A stretch of 35,277 nt of DNA from Selaginella moellendorffii (GCF_000143415.4 NW_003314487.1:1-35277), one strand, 5' to 3'. Numbered from the stretch's first letter, positions 1-10,200 are shown. Made by a program: numbers and translations. The notes: generated by a model from the sequence alone, not told the origin.

Positions 1-124
1 TCATCAAGAAAGACATTGTATACCATTCTATAAAATCTAGTTGCGATCTAACGGTTGAATCTCCAGAAAACTCAAAACAATCTCGCGCGTGTCAGAATAT
101 CCTAGGAATATACTCCTATGTGCC

Positions 125-527
125 CCTGAAAATGGCATGCGGCCCCATGCCATTCAAGAGATAACGCCAGATGACGCCGAGAATTTTTTGGTGCATTTTT
201 TGGGTTCAAAATTGCATGAGCCCACATGCTATAAAGTTTATCTTTGCCAAATAGAGAAAAGTTTATCTGTGTCATGTGAGGTAGTTACAGTCTTTTGTGC
301 TCGGCATCTGCCTCTTGCAGCATTTGCACTGAAAGGGAATTTTTCTCCATTCAGCATTTGGTCCTGAAAATGGCATGCACCCATACGCCATTCAAGGAAT
401 AACGCCACAGGACGCCTGGATTTTTGGGTTTAAAATGTTTAGGGTTTATTGGGTTTTTTCAAAATATTTTGGGTCCAACGTTTTTTGGGTTTCTTTGGTT
501 CAAAATTGCATGAGCCCACACGCTATA
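125..527 (+). repeat. Direct duplication upstream of the gene, each unit carrying two palindromes
   Basis: 125-233 (cctgaaaatggcatg...ataacgcca...gacgcc...ttcaaaattgcatgagcccacatgctata) is repeated with a T-rich insertion at 363-527. Confidence 0.8.
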
Positions 528-680
528 ATATTGATTTGAGAGAAAAATAGAAACAGATAGAATTTCTTTATTTAGCTGAACATCTGCCATTTTTGGAAAT
601 ACAAGATGCTTTGGAATATCCAATCATGCATGGTATAAATATAGCGAGGGTATTAAATGATATCCCAATCATGATCTTTC

Positions 681-819
681 TTTTGGATTTCGCGTGCATG
701 CAGTCCGAGGAATGATGACGTTGCGGATTTCTTTTGGATTTTGCGTGCTTGCATGCGCGCGGCAATCCAGAAATTAATGGTGGCGCCCAAGTCCGAGGAA
801 TGATGACGTGGCGGGATTA
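681..819 (+). repeat. Short direct repeats
   Basis: gtccgaggaatgatgacgt at 703-721 and 791-809; cttttggattt..cgtgc at ~680 and ~731. Confidence 0.75.
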
Positions 820-874
820 CCAACCGTTGTGACATTTCGTGCGTGTGAGGTTAGGTTTTGCATTTTGCTTCGTA

Positions 875-1030
875 CTCGCGCTCGCACACTCGCGCTCGCG
901 CTCGCATCACACTCGCGCTCCCGCTCGCATCGCGCTCCCACTCGCGATCACGCTCACTTCTCTACAGGTTTCTCGTGTGCATTGGCTTCCACTCGCGCTT
1001 GCATCACACTCGCGCTCGCATCGCGCTCGT
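875..1030. repeat. CpG-rich (CTCGCG/CTCGCA)n low-complexity tract, probable promoter/5' region
   Basis: Reiterated ctcgcg, ctcgca and cacactcgcgctc units, ~230 bp upstream of the predicted ATG. Confidence 0.7.
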
Positions 1031-2169
1031 GTGCATCGGCGTCCACTTCAAGACACACCCAGTTTGTAACTTCGCCGCCAACTCCGCCGCCCACTCCGCC
1101 ACCCACACGCAGCCCACTTGGCATCCCGGGAGATTTCAGCGCCACTCTCCAACTGTAAGTGGCAGAGTAGCCTTGCTGCTACGATCCGCTGCACACACAG
1201 TGCACATTCGCCAGCGAGTCCGGCCTCGATTGTCACGGCCTCCATCCGGCTTCAAATGGTAAGTCTTTTAGGCCAAGTAGAAAATGGCATGAGGCCACAT
1301 GCCATTCAGTAGCAACATTGGCATGCACCGATTGGGCTCTCGAGTGCAGTCCGGTTACAGATGGCGTGTAGCCTCACGCCATCTTAGGATGCAGCCTCAA
1401 GACATCTGATGCAGTGGTGAATGGCGTGTGGCCTCACGTTATTTCCAGCTACTAGCTTTTCATCTGTCAGCTCTAATTGTTGTGCATTTCTGAACAGGCG
1501 AGGAATTGCGTTCTTCTTCCAACCACTGTCAATGTGGATGTAGAGAAGGGGGAGGAGCTCACCAGCTGGACTTTCGGGATGGAAGGCGAGGATCTGATGC
1601 TATACAACACAGATGGTGGGAGAAAAGAATGCATGGGGATCCTCATCCAAGTGACAGACACTCCATACAGTTCCATGCAAGAATATGGACTGGCACTTAT
1701 GGTAGAGACAGCGTCCGCCTTCAAGATCCACCTTGCACATCCTAGCGGCTTCCCGGAGGGGGGCAGCGGCTATGAGGAATTCCTAAAGGGAGCTAGGGAG
1801 AGGTTGTTCAGAAGGCCCACAATTTCAAAGACGCTGCAAGTCTATGAAGATCACATGGAATCCACGGACCTCACCTACGGTGATGTTCAAAAACTATATT
1901 CCAACATTGAGCCGTTGAGAGTGCCTCCAGTTCGCAAAGCGAAGGGGAAGGGGGTCGATCTGGAAACTACCCCGAAGCAGAAAAGGGTGGTCAAGCTCAA
2001 GCCGACGTCCGACTCTGCTGCTCCAAAAAAGAAGCTACTCGGTGATGCCATTGCCTCGGGTTCGAACACTACACCCACCAAAAGGAAGAGCCGCAAAGAG
2101 CAGAAAGAGCAAGAAGAGGCAGCAAAAATCGTCGCAGATAATAGTACTTGTTACTATTCCAACAAAGTA

Positions 2170-2620
2170 TATACAATCGACGTGAGCCGTATCGACATCC
2201 AAAGCAAATACAACCACAGGCTAGTATCTGATGAGTGGGTGGAGAAACTGAAGCAGAAGATGCTGGCAAGTCCAGTAATACCCGACATCGCAGACGTGAT
2301 CCCCTACTACCAAACAATGAAGGGCGAGACGAGGTTTCCAAACTTGATCAATAGGAAGGTGTTGGACGATCAAAACATCCGGTTCTATGCCGTCTCTGGG
2401 CAGCATTCTAGCTTAGCGATGCAACAGATAGTTGTGGATATTATGGTGGGCAAGGAGGTGAAGAAAGTCTTCAAGACAAGAGTTGTCCGCCTGATAAAAG
2501 GCAACTCGCCCCTCCGATCTATCATATCCATCTCCCACGCGCAGAATGTCAAGCAAGAAACGTGCTACAAATCGGGTTTGCACGAGACATTGGCACGAAC
2601 ACGGAAGCTCTGGGTTCAAC
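2170..2620 (+). other. ParB/Sulfiredoxin-like domain within the spliced gene
   Basis: YTIDVSRIDI...NHRLVSDEWVEKLKQKM...IRFYAVSGQHSSLAM...SISHAQNVKQE...LHETLARTRKLW follows the ParB N-terminal pattern: R..V..L helix, hydrophobic strand + GxH (GxxR box), then a conserved Asn before the next helix. Confidence 0.55.
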
Positions 2621-2787
2621 TGAAGAAGCCACAAAAACCAGGACAAGGACGTGCACTAGCAACTAGCGCCTGGCAGGTAAGCCTCGTTGCATGTGGCATA
2701 GCATGTGGCCTCACGCCATTTCCATTGCAGGAATTCTCGAGTCTTCTCTCGAAAACACTGGGGGTCAATGACACACTCAGCATCCAC

Positions 2788-3067
2788 NNNNNNNNNNNNN
2801 NNNNNNNNNNNNNNNNNNNNNNNNNNNNNNNNNNNNNNNNNNNNNNNNNNNNNNNNNNNNNNNNNNNNNNNNNNNNNNNNNNNNNNNNNNNNNNNNNNNN
2901 NNNNNNNNNNNNNNNNNNNNNNNNNNNNNNNNNNNNNNNNNNNNNNNNNNNNNNNNNNNNNNNNNNNNNNNNNNNNNNNNNNNNNNNNNNNNNNNNNNNN
3001 NNNNNNNNNNNNNNNNNNNNNNNNNNNNNNNNNNNNNNNNNNNNNNNNNNNNNNNNNNNNNNNNNNN
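2788..3067. other. Assembly gap (280 N)
   Basis: Run of N. Confidence 1.
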
Positions 3068-3399
3068 CGCTATTGAAGGATTGGATCTTTGAGCAAGTGG
3101 CCGTGGAGAGGGTGAGCATCGACACCAGGCAAGAGATGATGGAAGAGCTGGACTTGTCAAATGAAGACATCGACGAGTACATGAAGGGGGCCCCTAAGTT
3201 CATCGATCTGCTGCAGGATGCCACGAAAAGTAAAGCCGAGAAGTTGGATCAGTATCCAAATTTCATTAAGAGGGATGTCGACCGCCGGATTCAGAAACAG
3301 CTCGACCCCGCAGCAGAGGCCTATCGAGAACCTTACCGGGTATACGTGAATTCGGATGAGGATCAAAGGTGGAGGAGCATTGTTTCCCGCGGAGATGAG

Positions 3400-4010
3400 C
3401 AGGTCAAGAACATCTTTTGTGTGATGGACTTCACAAACAAGGAGATCACTCATGCAGACGAAGTCAGCTCCATCATTGACTTAATGGTGGGACTTGCAGA
3501 GGTGGAATCTTCAGTCCACTATATGATCTACGACTCCGAATCCTATCACAAGTTCTGGAAGGCCTTGAACGAGGTGAAGGCTCGGTTGAAAGGCAAGGAG
3601 ATGCGGGAGATCCATGGGATAATGGCTAAGAAGAAGATACCGACGAATGTCCGCATCTTCACACTCGCCCTTGTTATTGGTCCTGCAGTAGAGTGGGACT
3701 GGAGTGACTTCCCAGCTTCGTTCAACAAGGCCGATCGAATTGATCTGAGGGAGGTCAATTTACCCGTGCCTGAGGAACTGAAGACGGCTATAGAGCTTTC
3801 GAATCCAAAGAAAGCTCCAGGTGCAGCATGGGAAATGCTTAGCTGGGTCTTCAATGCAATAGCGGGTGACTCCAAGGGCAAATGCGTTGTCGAGTACAAC
3901 TGCGGCGGACTATTCTTTCGAGCCGCACTACTCAAGGGTGTCCCGTGTGTTGCGGTGACAAACTCCATTGAAGAGGTGACTTCAATGGAGCATATAATTA
4001 CAGTTGCCAA
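3400..4010 (+). other. Degenerate beta-class N4C/N6A DNA methyltransferase-like domain
   Basis: NPKKAP..WEMLSWVFNAIAGDSKGKCVVEYNCGGLFFRAALLKGVPCVAV resembles HPTxKP..LL..LI...GDxVLDPFxGSG...AA...GR (motifs X-I-II). The upstream strand IFCVMDFTN lies where D/SPPY (motif IV) would be. Confidence 0.45.
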
Positions 4011-5979
4011 AGAAAAACAGTATCTTCTCTGCGAACCTGGTGAGTACGCACTTTAAGTTTAAATGTTATCTCACAAGCTTTGTATGCAGGAGCGTGGCCA
4101 CCCCCAGATGCTGAAACGGCGTTAACAGCTACTGATGTTAGGCCGAGCTCACTACCTGCACAAGGTAAGGTCACGTGAGGCCTCACGCCATTTTGATTAT
4201 AGATCGTTGTGAATATTCAGACACGAGGACTGAAAAGCGCACTGGTGGCGCGTCGAAGAAGGACAAACAGACAAGCAATAAGAAAAAAGGAGGTACAAAT
4301 CATATTTGCAATGGCGTGTGGTCTCATGCCATTCCTTGCAGGAGACACTTCTTCAAAGGCAAAACAGGCAAGCACCAGTCAAGCTCAAACTGACAGTGGT
4401 CATAAAAAGCAAAAGCACGTTGGACAGTCGTCGGGATCAGAGGCGTTTGATTCGAAAAGGAAGAAGAGCAACGAAAAGATGATAGGTAATGCCTCGCGGT
4501 TATGGCGTGTGTGCTCATGCCATTCATTGCAGATCAAGGGCTGAGTGAAAGGAGCCAGTCACCACCTCCTGACTCAGATTCCTATGGTGGACTCTCCTTC
4601 CCCAATCTCAATGGAGAGGTACAATGGATGAGGGATGCTTTTCAAGTCAGGGCCACGTTTTTCTCATCTCGTCGTCTTCAAAGGGTGCAAGAACGTGCAG
4701 AAACCATGTTAAGACAGTCGGGTGAGGATACGGTCCTAGGTCAAACACTGAAACAGGCTATGGATGTCTTGTATTTTGAGATGGAGACTCGGCCAGATGA
4801 TTTTCCCAAGATGGTCCTGGAAAAACAAGCCATCCAGCCTGAGCAGCCTATGGAAGAAATGTAGGAGGGGGATGAGGAGCCAGAGAAAGATAATGAGCAG
4901 GAAGAGCAGAAGGACGAAGAGGAGGACAAAGAAGAGGAGGACGAAGAAGAGGAGGACGAAGAGGACTTGGATGGTCCTCACAATGGTGACGATCACAATA
5001 ACGACGATGACGATGATGACGACGATGGCCAGCCTGAGGTGGCCAAAGAGCAGCGGAGGAAGGTCATACAAGACAAACCATCAGGTAAATAATAGTACAT
5101 CCATTCCTAACCTTTTACCATTTCTAACATTGTCCATGTAGGTCGCAAAGCAAATGGTAAGTAGAGATTATTCAGTTGAATTAAGATACAAACTCTAGCC
5201 TTTAGTGTCGAGGAAGGATAGTGCCAAGCAAGGGTCAAAACGTATGTCCAATCCTTCAGAATCAGCAGTGCGCCCAATAGCAGTTGATGGTAAATACAGT
5301 ATAGTCGATTCAATGTGCTAATGAGTTTGTTTTTAGTAGCCAGTAGGGAGGATACCATCTCAATCGAAGGGAGATATTTGGACATGCATATGGATCCGCC
5401 AGTGGACTCTACTTGCCTGCAAGAGTCATCAGAGCTGGTGGAGGCTACTATCCATATCAACGCCAAGCAAGCTGACCACGCTCCACTTGATGCTGCCCAT
5501 ACCACTGAGTCAATCTTGTCCACGTATCCAACTGACGGTGACCAGGCGCCATTGGACCCGCATGAGGCCGCCCCAGCCGCCGAGCCGGTCGTATCCTCAT
5601 TTCCAACGGACTCAACGTGTGCCCAATCGTCTGACTACGCGCCGTTGGAACCTCCCTACACCGCCCCTGCTGCCTGTTCGGTCATGTCCACTTTGCCAAC
5701 GGAGGCACCAGCTGAAATGGCGTGTGATCACACGCCATCGGAACCACCCCATGCCACTGTTGAGCCAGTTGTACCAGAGTCTACAGCTGAAATGGCATGT
5801 GCCCACACGCCATCAGATGCGATTGACCCCACATTGCAGAGGAGAGTATTTCTGCCCTTCATGTTTCCTCGACCAAAACCCTCTGAACGACCATCGGGAG
5901 CACCATTCGCTAATATTGCAGATGGTAAAATTGACTTGTACCATTTTTTATGCTGACGCATTTCAGAGTCACGGCGAAA

Positions 5980-6500
5980 GTACTGTATCATTTTTGATCT
6001 AAACGGTGTCCTTTTCTCCCATGAGCGTGGCTCGTCCTCGAATATCACTGCACCCTCTAAAGCCTGCGGTCGCAAGTTGGTCAAAAGAGACAGATTCACA
6101 TTAATCACACGGGAGAAACTGCGGGATCTAATAATGACCATGCGACACTTAAAACAGAGGGCCGGGTTCAATTTGCAATTGGGAGTTTGGACATCCATGA
6201 TGCGCCACAATGCATTAACGTTGCTACATATGATGCATGATCAGACGCGAGTAATATTACCATTTGACTTTCTCCTAACGCAGGAGGATTGCTTGACTAT
6301 GGTCCATGTGAGGGGTAGCAAGCCCATCTTCGTCAAGCCAGAGGCTGTAGTGATGAACCGGACTGCTAGGTCAAGTGAAATCCTCATCATCGATGACTCG
6401 CCGATTAAAACTGCAACGAACACACACACATATGCAGTGCACCCCATCTCTTGCAGTATGGAAACTAGGGAGAAGAAACCGTATGTTCTGGGGGACCTTG
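5980..6500 (+). other. FCP1/NIF-family HAD phosphatase-like domain
   Basis: YCIIFDLNGVL (motif I), LGVWTSMM (motif II), FDFLLTQEDC...KPIFVK, ILIIDDSPIKT (motif IV) and AVHP occur in the expected order and spacing. Confidence 0.75.
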
Positions 6501-7261
6501 CAAAACGGCTTGAAGCGATGGTGATAGAGAACCAGCCAGTCCAGGAGGTGGCTGCAGAAATCAACTAAATGGCAGATGGAACGGTATATCAGAAGCCATT
6601 TGATCGGACAGACACCAGTCATCATTTATGGCATGTATATTGTCTAGCCAAGCACTATCCGCATCTCCATAATCTGCTCAACCGGATGGGTTCTTCGACC
6701 ACTGAACATGAGCGTGGACGTATTAGAGAAGAGATGGCATTACTATTGGGTTTAAATCCTGATAGTGTGGAGAGTGATGAAATTCCAAGATTATTGTATA
6801 GGCGTTGGAGGCAAAAAATAGCAGTCTGAGATGGCATGTATTTATTTAAAAATGTAACTTATTATGGCATGGGTTTCCATGCCATTGTATTAATATTAAA
6901 AGACAATTCTTTGAGAGGATTTGCATTATACTAGAAGTGTTACAGCATGTTATTGGAAGTCTACGAAGTTGTTTTATTAATAAGGGGAAAGTAAAGATTG
7001 AATGGGGACTTGGGCTCCACCTAGACTCGGAGCAACTGAGCCAATATTAAAAGGATGGAAAGAAATTGGATGACGATGACAAGGAGAAGAGAGAGGTGAA
7101 GCAGTGGCAGGGGGAGGAGAAGTGATTGAGTAGACATTTCCTTGTTTAAAATAAAATGGCATGTGCCTCAATGCAGTTGAATTTTGTTATATTTATATAC
7201 TATATAAAGGTTTGGAAACCTTATTTTACAAGTGGGATAATGACAATTCCCACTTTAACGA

Positions 7262-10200
7262 AATAGAGCTTCTTTGAGGTGGACGAATACTGCTTTGCAT
7301 TCAGCTATCTATACCATCTTCTCTTTTCTTGTTTTGTTCGTTAAGGGTAGGGCTACTCTCGAATAGTGTCTGATAAACTTTCGGTAGTCGTTGCATAACC
7401 CCAAGAATGCCCTTAACTCGTGTACATTCGATGGTCGCTCCCAATCCTGGATCGCTTGGACCTTCTCAGGGTCCACCTTGAGCCCGTCTTTGCCCACCAT
7501 ATGCTTGAGAAACTTTACCTCTTGTTGAGCAACGTCACATTTGCTTTCTTTAGCATACAGGTCGTGTTCCCTTAGTTTCTCAAACACCTTCGTTAAGTGT
7601 TTGGCATGCTCCTTTAGTGTTTCACTACAGATTAGGATGTCGTCAATATAGACGACCACAAAGTGATTTAGATACGGTACAAAGATGTGGTTCATTAACG
7701 CCGAAAACATTGCCGACACATTGCATAGCCCGAAGGGCATCACCAGAAACTCAAAGCTCCATACCTTGTTCAACAGGTTGTCTTCTCGACATCTTCCTCT
7801 GCTACCTTGATTTCGTAGTATCCTAACCTTAGGTCAATCCTCGAGAAGTATTTTGCCTTTCCCAACCTATCGAACAGCTCCTCAATCCTTGGCAAAGGGT
7901 ACTCGTTCTTCTTTGTATACTTGTTGAGCAACCAATAGTCTATACACATGTACATAGATCCATCTTTTTTTTCACAAATAACACCAGCGCCCCATATAAC
8001 GACTTGCTCAACTTAACATACCCTTTGTCCACCAACTCCTTTAGTTGGTGCTTGAGTTACTCAAGTTCTTTTTCATTCAAACGATAGGGGGGACGAACCA
8101 CCACCTCAACACCCTCGACTAGCTCAATTTTATGTTCTATCGGTCGTGCGGGGGGCAACCCGCCAGTAACTCCTCTGGCATGGTATCCTGGAATTGGTCT
8201 AACACTCGTTGGATCACTAAAGGTACTTCTTCCGTTCCCGCCTTTTTGTCATTCTTCACTGAGAGTAAGCACAAAAATGCTGCTTTGGTTCCTTTAGTGA
8301 GTTGTCCTCTCGTGGACACCAAGTTCAGGCAGGAATTTTTAGCCTTGCATTGCCCTACCTTTAGATCCTGGGCCTCCACCCTGGATCTTCTTCCTTAGGC
8401 ATTCGCTAGTACCATAAGGTTCCTACCTTGTCCATGCAGGGCTATCACGAACCGATTGAACCAATCCATCCTGAAGATCACGTCAAATCCCACCATATCC
8501 AATACAGTGAAATCCATTTCTACTTTCCATGTCCCTACTTCGACTCTCGCTTGTCGAAGTACCTCATCAATGCTTTGGCTACCTTGAACAAACTCTATAG
8601 TCCTTGGTTCACCCAGCCGTTGCACTATTAATTCGGCTTGTTGGACTATTTTTGCAGCCATAAAATTATTCGAAGCACTCGTGTCAATAAGGATCTTAAC
8701 AAAGCTACCTCCGAGCTTCCCTTGGAGGGCTAGTAGATGTCACGAACGACTCTCTACCAAAGTTGCTCGTGTAATGAGTAACTTTGAGCTAGGGATTGGA
8801 TTACATACCTCAGTTTAGATTTCAACCAACTTAATGGCCATATTAGTTCTGGCCTTCTTCGGGTAGGGACATTCCCTCTAAAAGTGTCCCGCTTCACCAT
8901 AGTTGTAGCATATGTTGCTTCCCATACTGCTAACCAATTTAACCTTCTTATCTGTGGGTTTGTCTCTTTTGGCTTGACTCCTCTACGTACTTGCTCGTTG
9001 GCCACCGCATTTGCCTTTCGGGAACCCCGAGGACTCATTCTTAGAGAAATTCTTCTTGAATTTCCTTTTGCTATATGTTCCCCTTGGTTTGGCCCCTTTG
9101 CTAAACGTGGACCCCGACCCTGTTGTGTTCCCCTTTCACAGGTTATCGTTGAAATGCACCTTGATGGCCGCATCCAACGCTTCCTTGTAGTTGGTTGGGT
9201 TTCAACGCATCACCTCACTGCAAGCCCAGGTTTGCAAGCTTGATATGAAGGCATGAAACGCATCCATATCCCCCATGTCCGTGACAAGTATCCTCTTTGC
9301 CATAAACCCATTCACATACTCCTGAATGGTTCCGATCTGTTTCAACCTACTTAGCTCATCTCTTAGATGCAGAGAAGAATTCGGAGGAATGTAAGTCGCA
9401 CAGATCCTCACCTTCATCATTTCCCAAGTAGCCATCGGTCCTTCGTTGGCCTCTGTCATTCTCCACCAAGACTTGGCATTATCTACCAAGTATGGTTTTG
9501 CACATAGGACCTTCTCCAAGCTCGATAACTGCAACACTTGGAAGTAGTCCTCTATATCGTAAAACCAATCCTCCACCACCTTATAGTCGTTCACTCCCTT
9601 GAAGACTAGTGGGGGCTTTAGTTTGTATTTGAGAATTGCCTAAGGGACTGATTCCACTTCGGTCTATTCGACCTTGTCTATTTTTGCCTCAGTTCCTGCC
9701 CAAGGGTCCACACCTTCTGCACTGCCAGCCTCCACAGTCTGTTGCCTTTTCTTTCGCTTCTCATCACGCTTTAGCTTGTGTACAAGGGTTTCCAACAGGG
9801 CATTGGTCTATGCCAATTATCCTTCTAGAACATCCAATTGAGCCTTGGACGACCAAACCTCACCACCAGACTCCTGTTTGGAAGTTTCCTCACTAGAGGA
9901 TTCCTTATCCGAGGATTCCTCATCCATAGCCTCTTGTTCGACCGAAGGCTCCAGCTCTGGAGGAGGTTCCGTCTCCGCCTTGGTTCGTTTTCACCCTACC
10001 TTTGCCATCTCCCAGCAATCTGCCTCTATCCTTTGTTAGAATTGAGGAAAATGCTCCGATACCAAATTGTAAGCCTCAAATTTTTCCTTTCCAATTTGCT
10101 AGCTTACCTCGTCTATCCGACCAACACTCCCTTGGTTTTTGCTAAGTTCCTTCGCCAAGGTTCCCGTCTATTGTACCAGCTCCTACTTGGTCCTACTTGG

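Larger units (their letters stand above)
1256..6829 (+). pseudogene. Multi-exon gene (~1630 codons): ParB-like + DNA methyltransferase-like + acidic linker + FCP1/NIF phosphatase-like; two in-frame stops
   Basis: Exons joined in frame through GT-AG introns: 1256-1258 (ATG), 1498-2676, 2731-4039 (spans the N gap), 4090-4164, 4203-4292, 4342-4485, 4533-5084, 5142-5156, 5206-5289, 5337-5924, 5967-6829. Every junction keeps the frame of the next open segment. Internal stops are TAG 4862-4864 and TAA 6566-6568, with the frame open on both sides. Confidence 0.72.
131..7178. repeat. Dispersed 24-bp palindromic motif AATGGCRTG-N6-CAYGCCATT, ~15 copies
   Basis: Copies start at 131, 210, 369, 504, 1283, 1360, 1420, 2697, 4169, 4310, 4501, 5716, 5791, 6863 and 7155 (last is only a half match). 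The spacer is always exactly 6 nt, mostly WGNCCW-like. Copies at 131, 1283 and 1360 have perfect 9-bp arms. I saw no full copy beyond 7.2 kb. Confidence 0.92.

Noticed and set aside
808-1262. Overlapping Arg/Ser/Ala/Leu-rich ORFs
   Set aside because: By-product of the stop-poor CTCGCG repeat.
1310-1416. Extra coding micro-exons between the palindromes in intron 1
   Set aside because: Splicing them after the ATG runs into stops; the single 1259-1497 intron gives a clean frame.
1283-1443. CRISPR-like array (palindromic repeats with 36-53 nt spacers)
   Set aside because: Spacing is irregular, the repeat centres vary, copies are scattered over 7 kb, the context is eukaryotic and intronic, and there are no cas genes.
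1477-4056. The 859-aa ORF as a complete single-exon gene
   Set aside because: It starts at TTG inside an intron, reads through a 54-nt in-frame intron and an N gap, and ends inside the next intron.
4736-5141. Hydrophobic antisense ORF and Arg/Thr-rich alternative-frame ORF
   Set aside because: Shadows of the GAR/GAY acidic tract.
131-7178. Palindromes as MITEs or terminators
   Set aside because: Only 24 bp long, with no consistent TSD and no U-tract; the fixed spacer and arm mismatches fit a binding site better.
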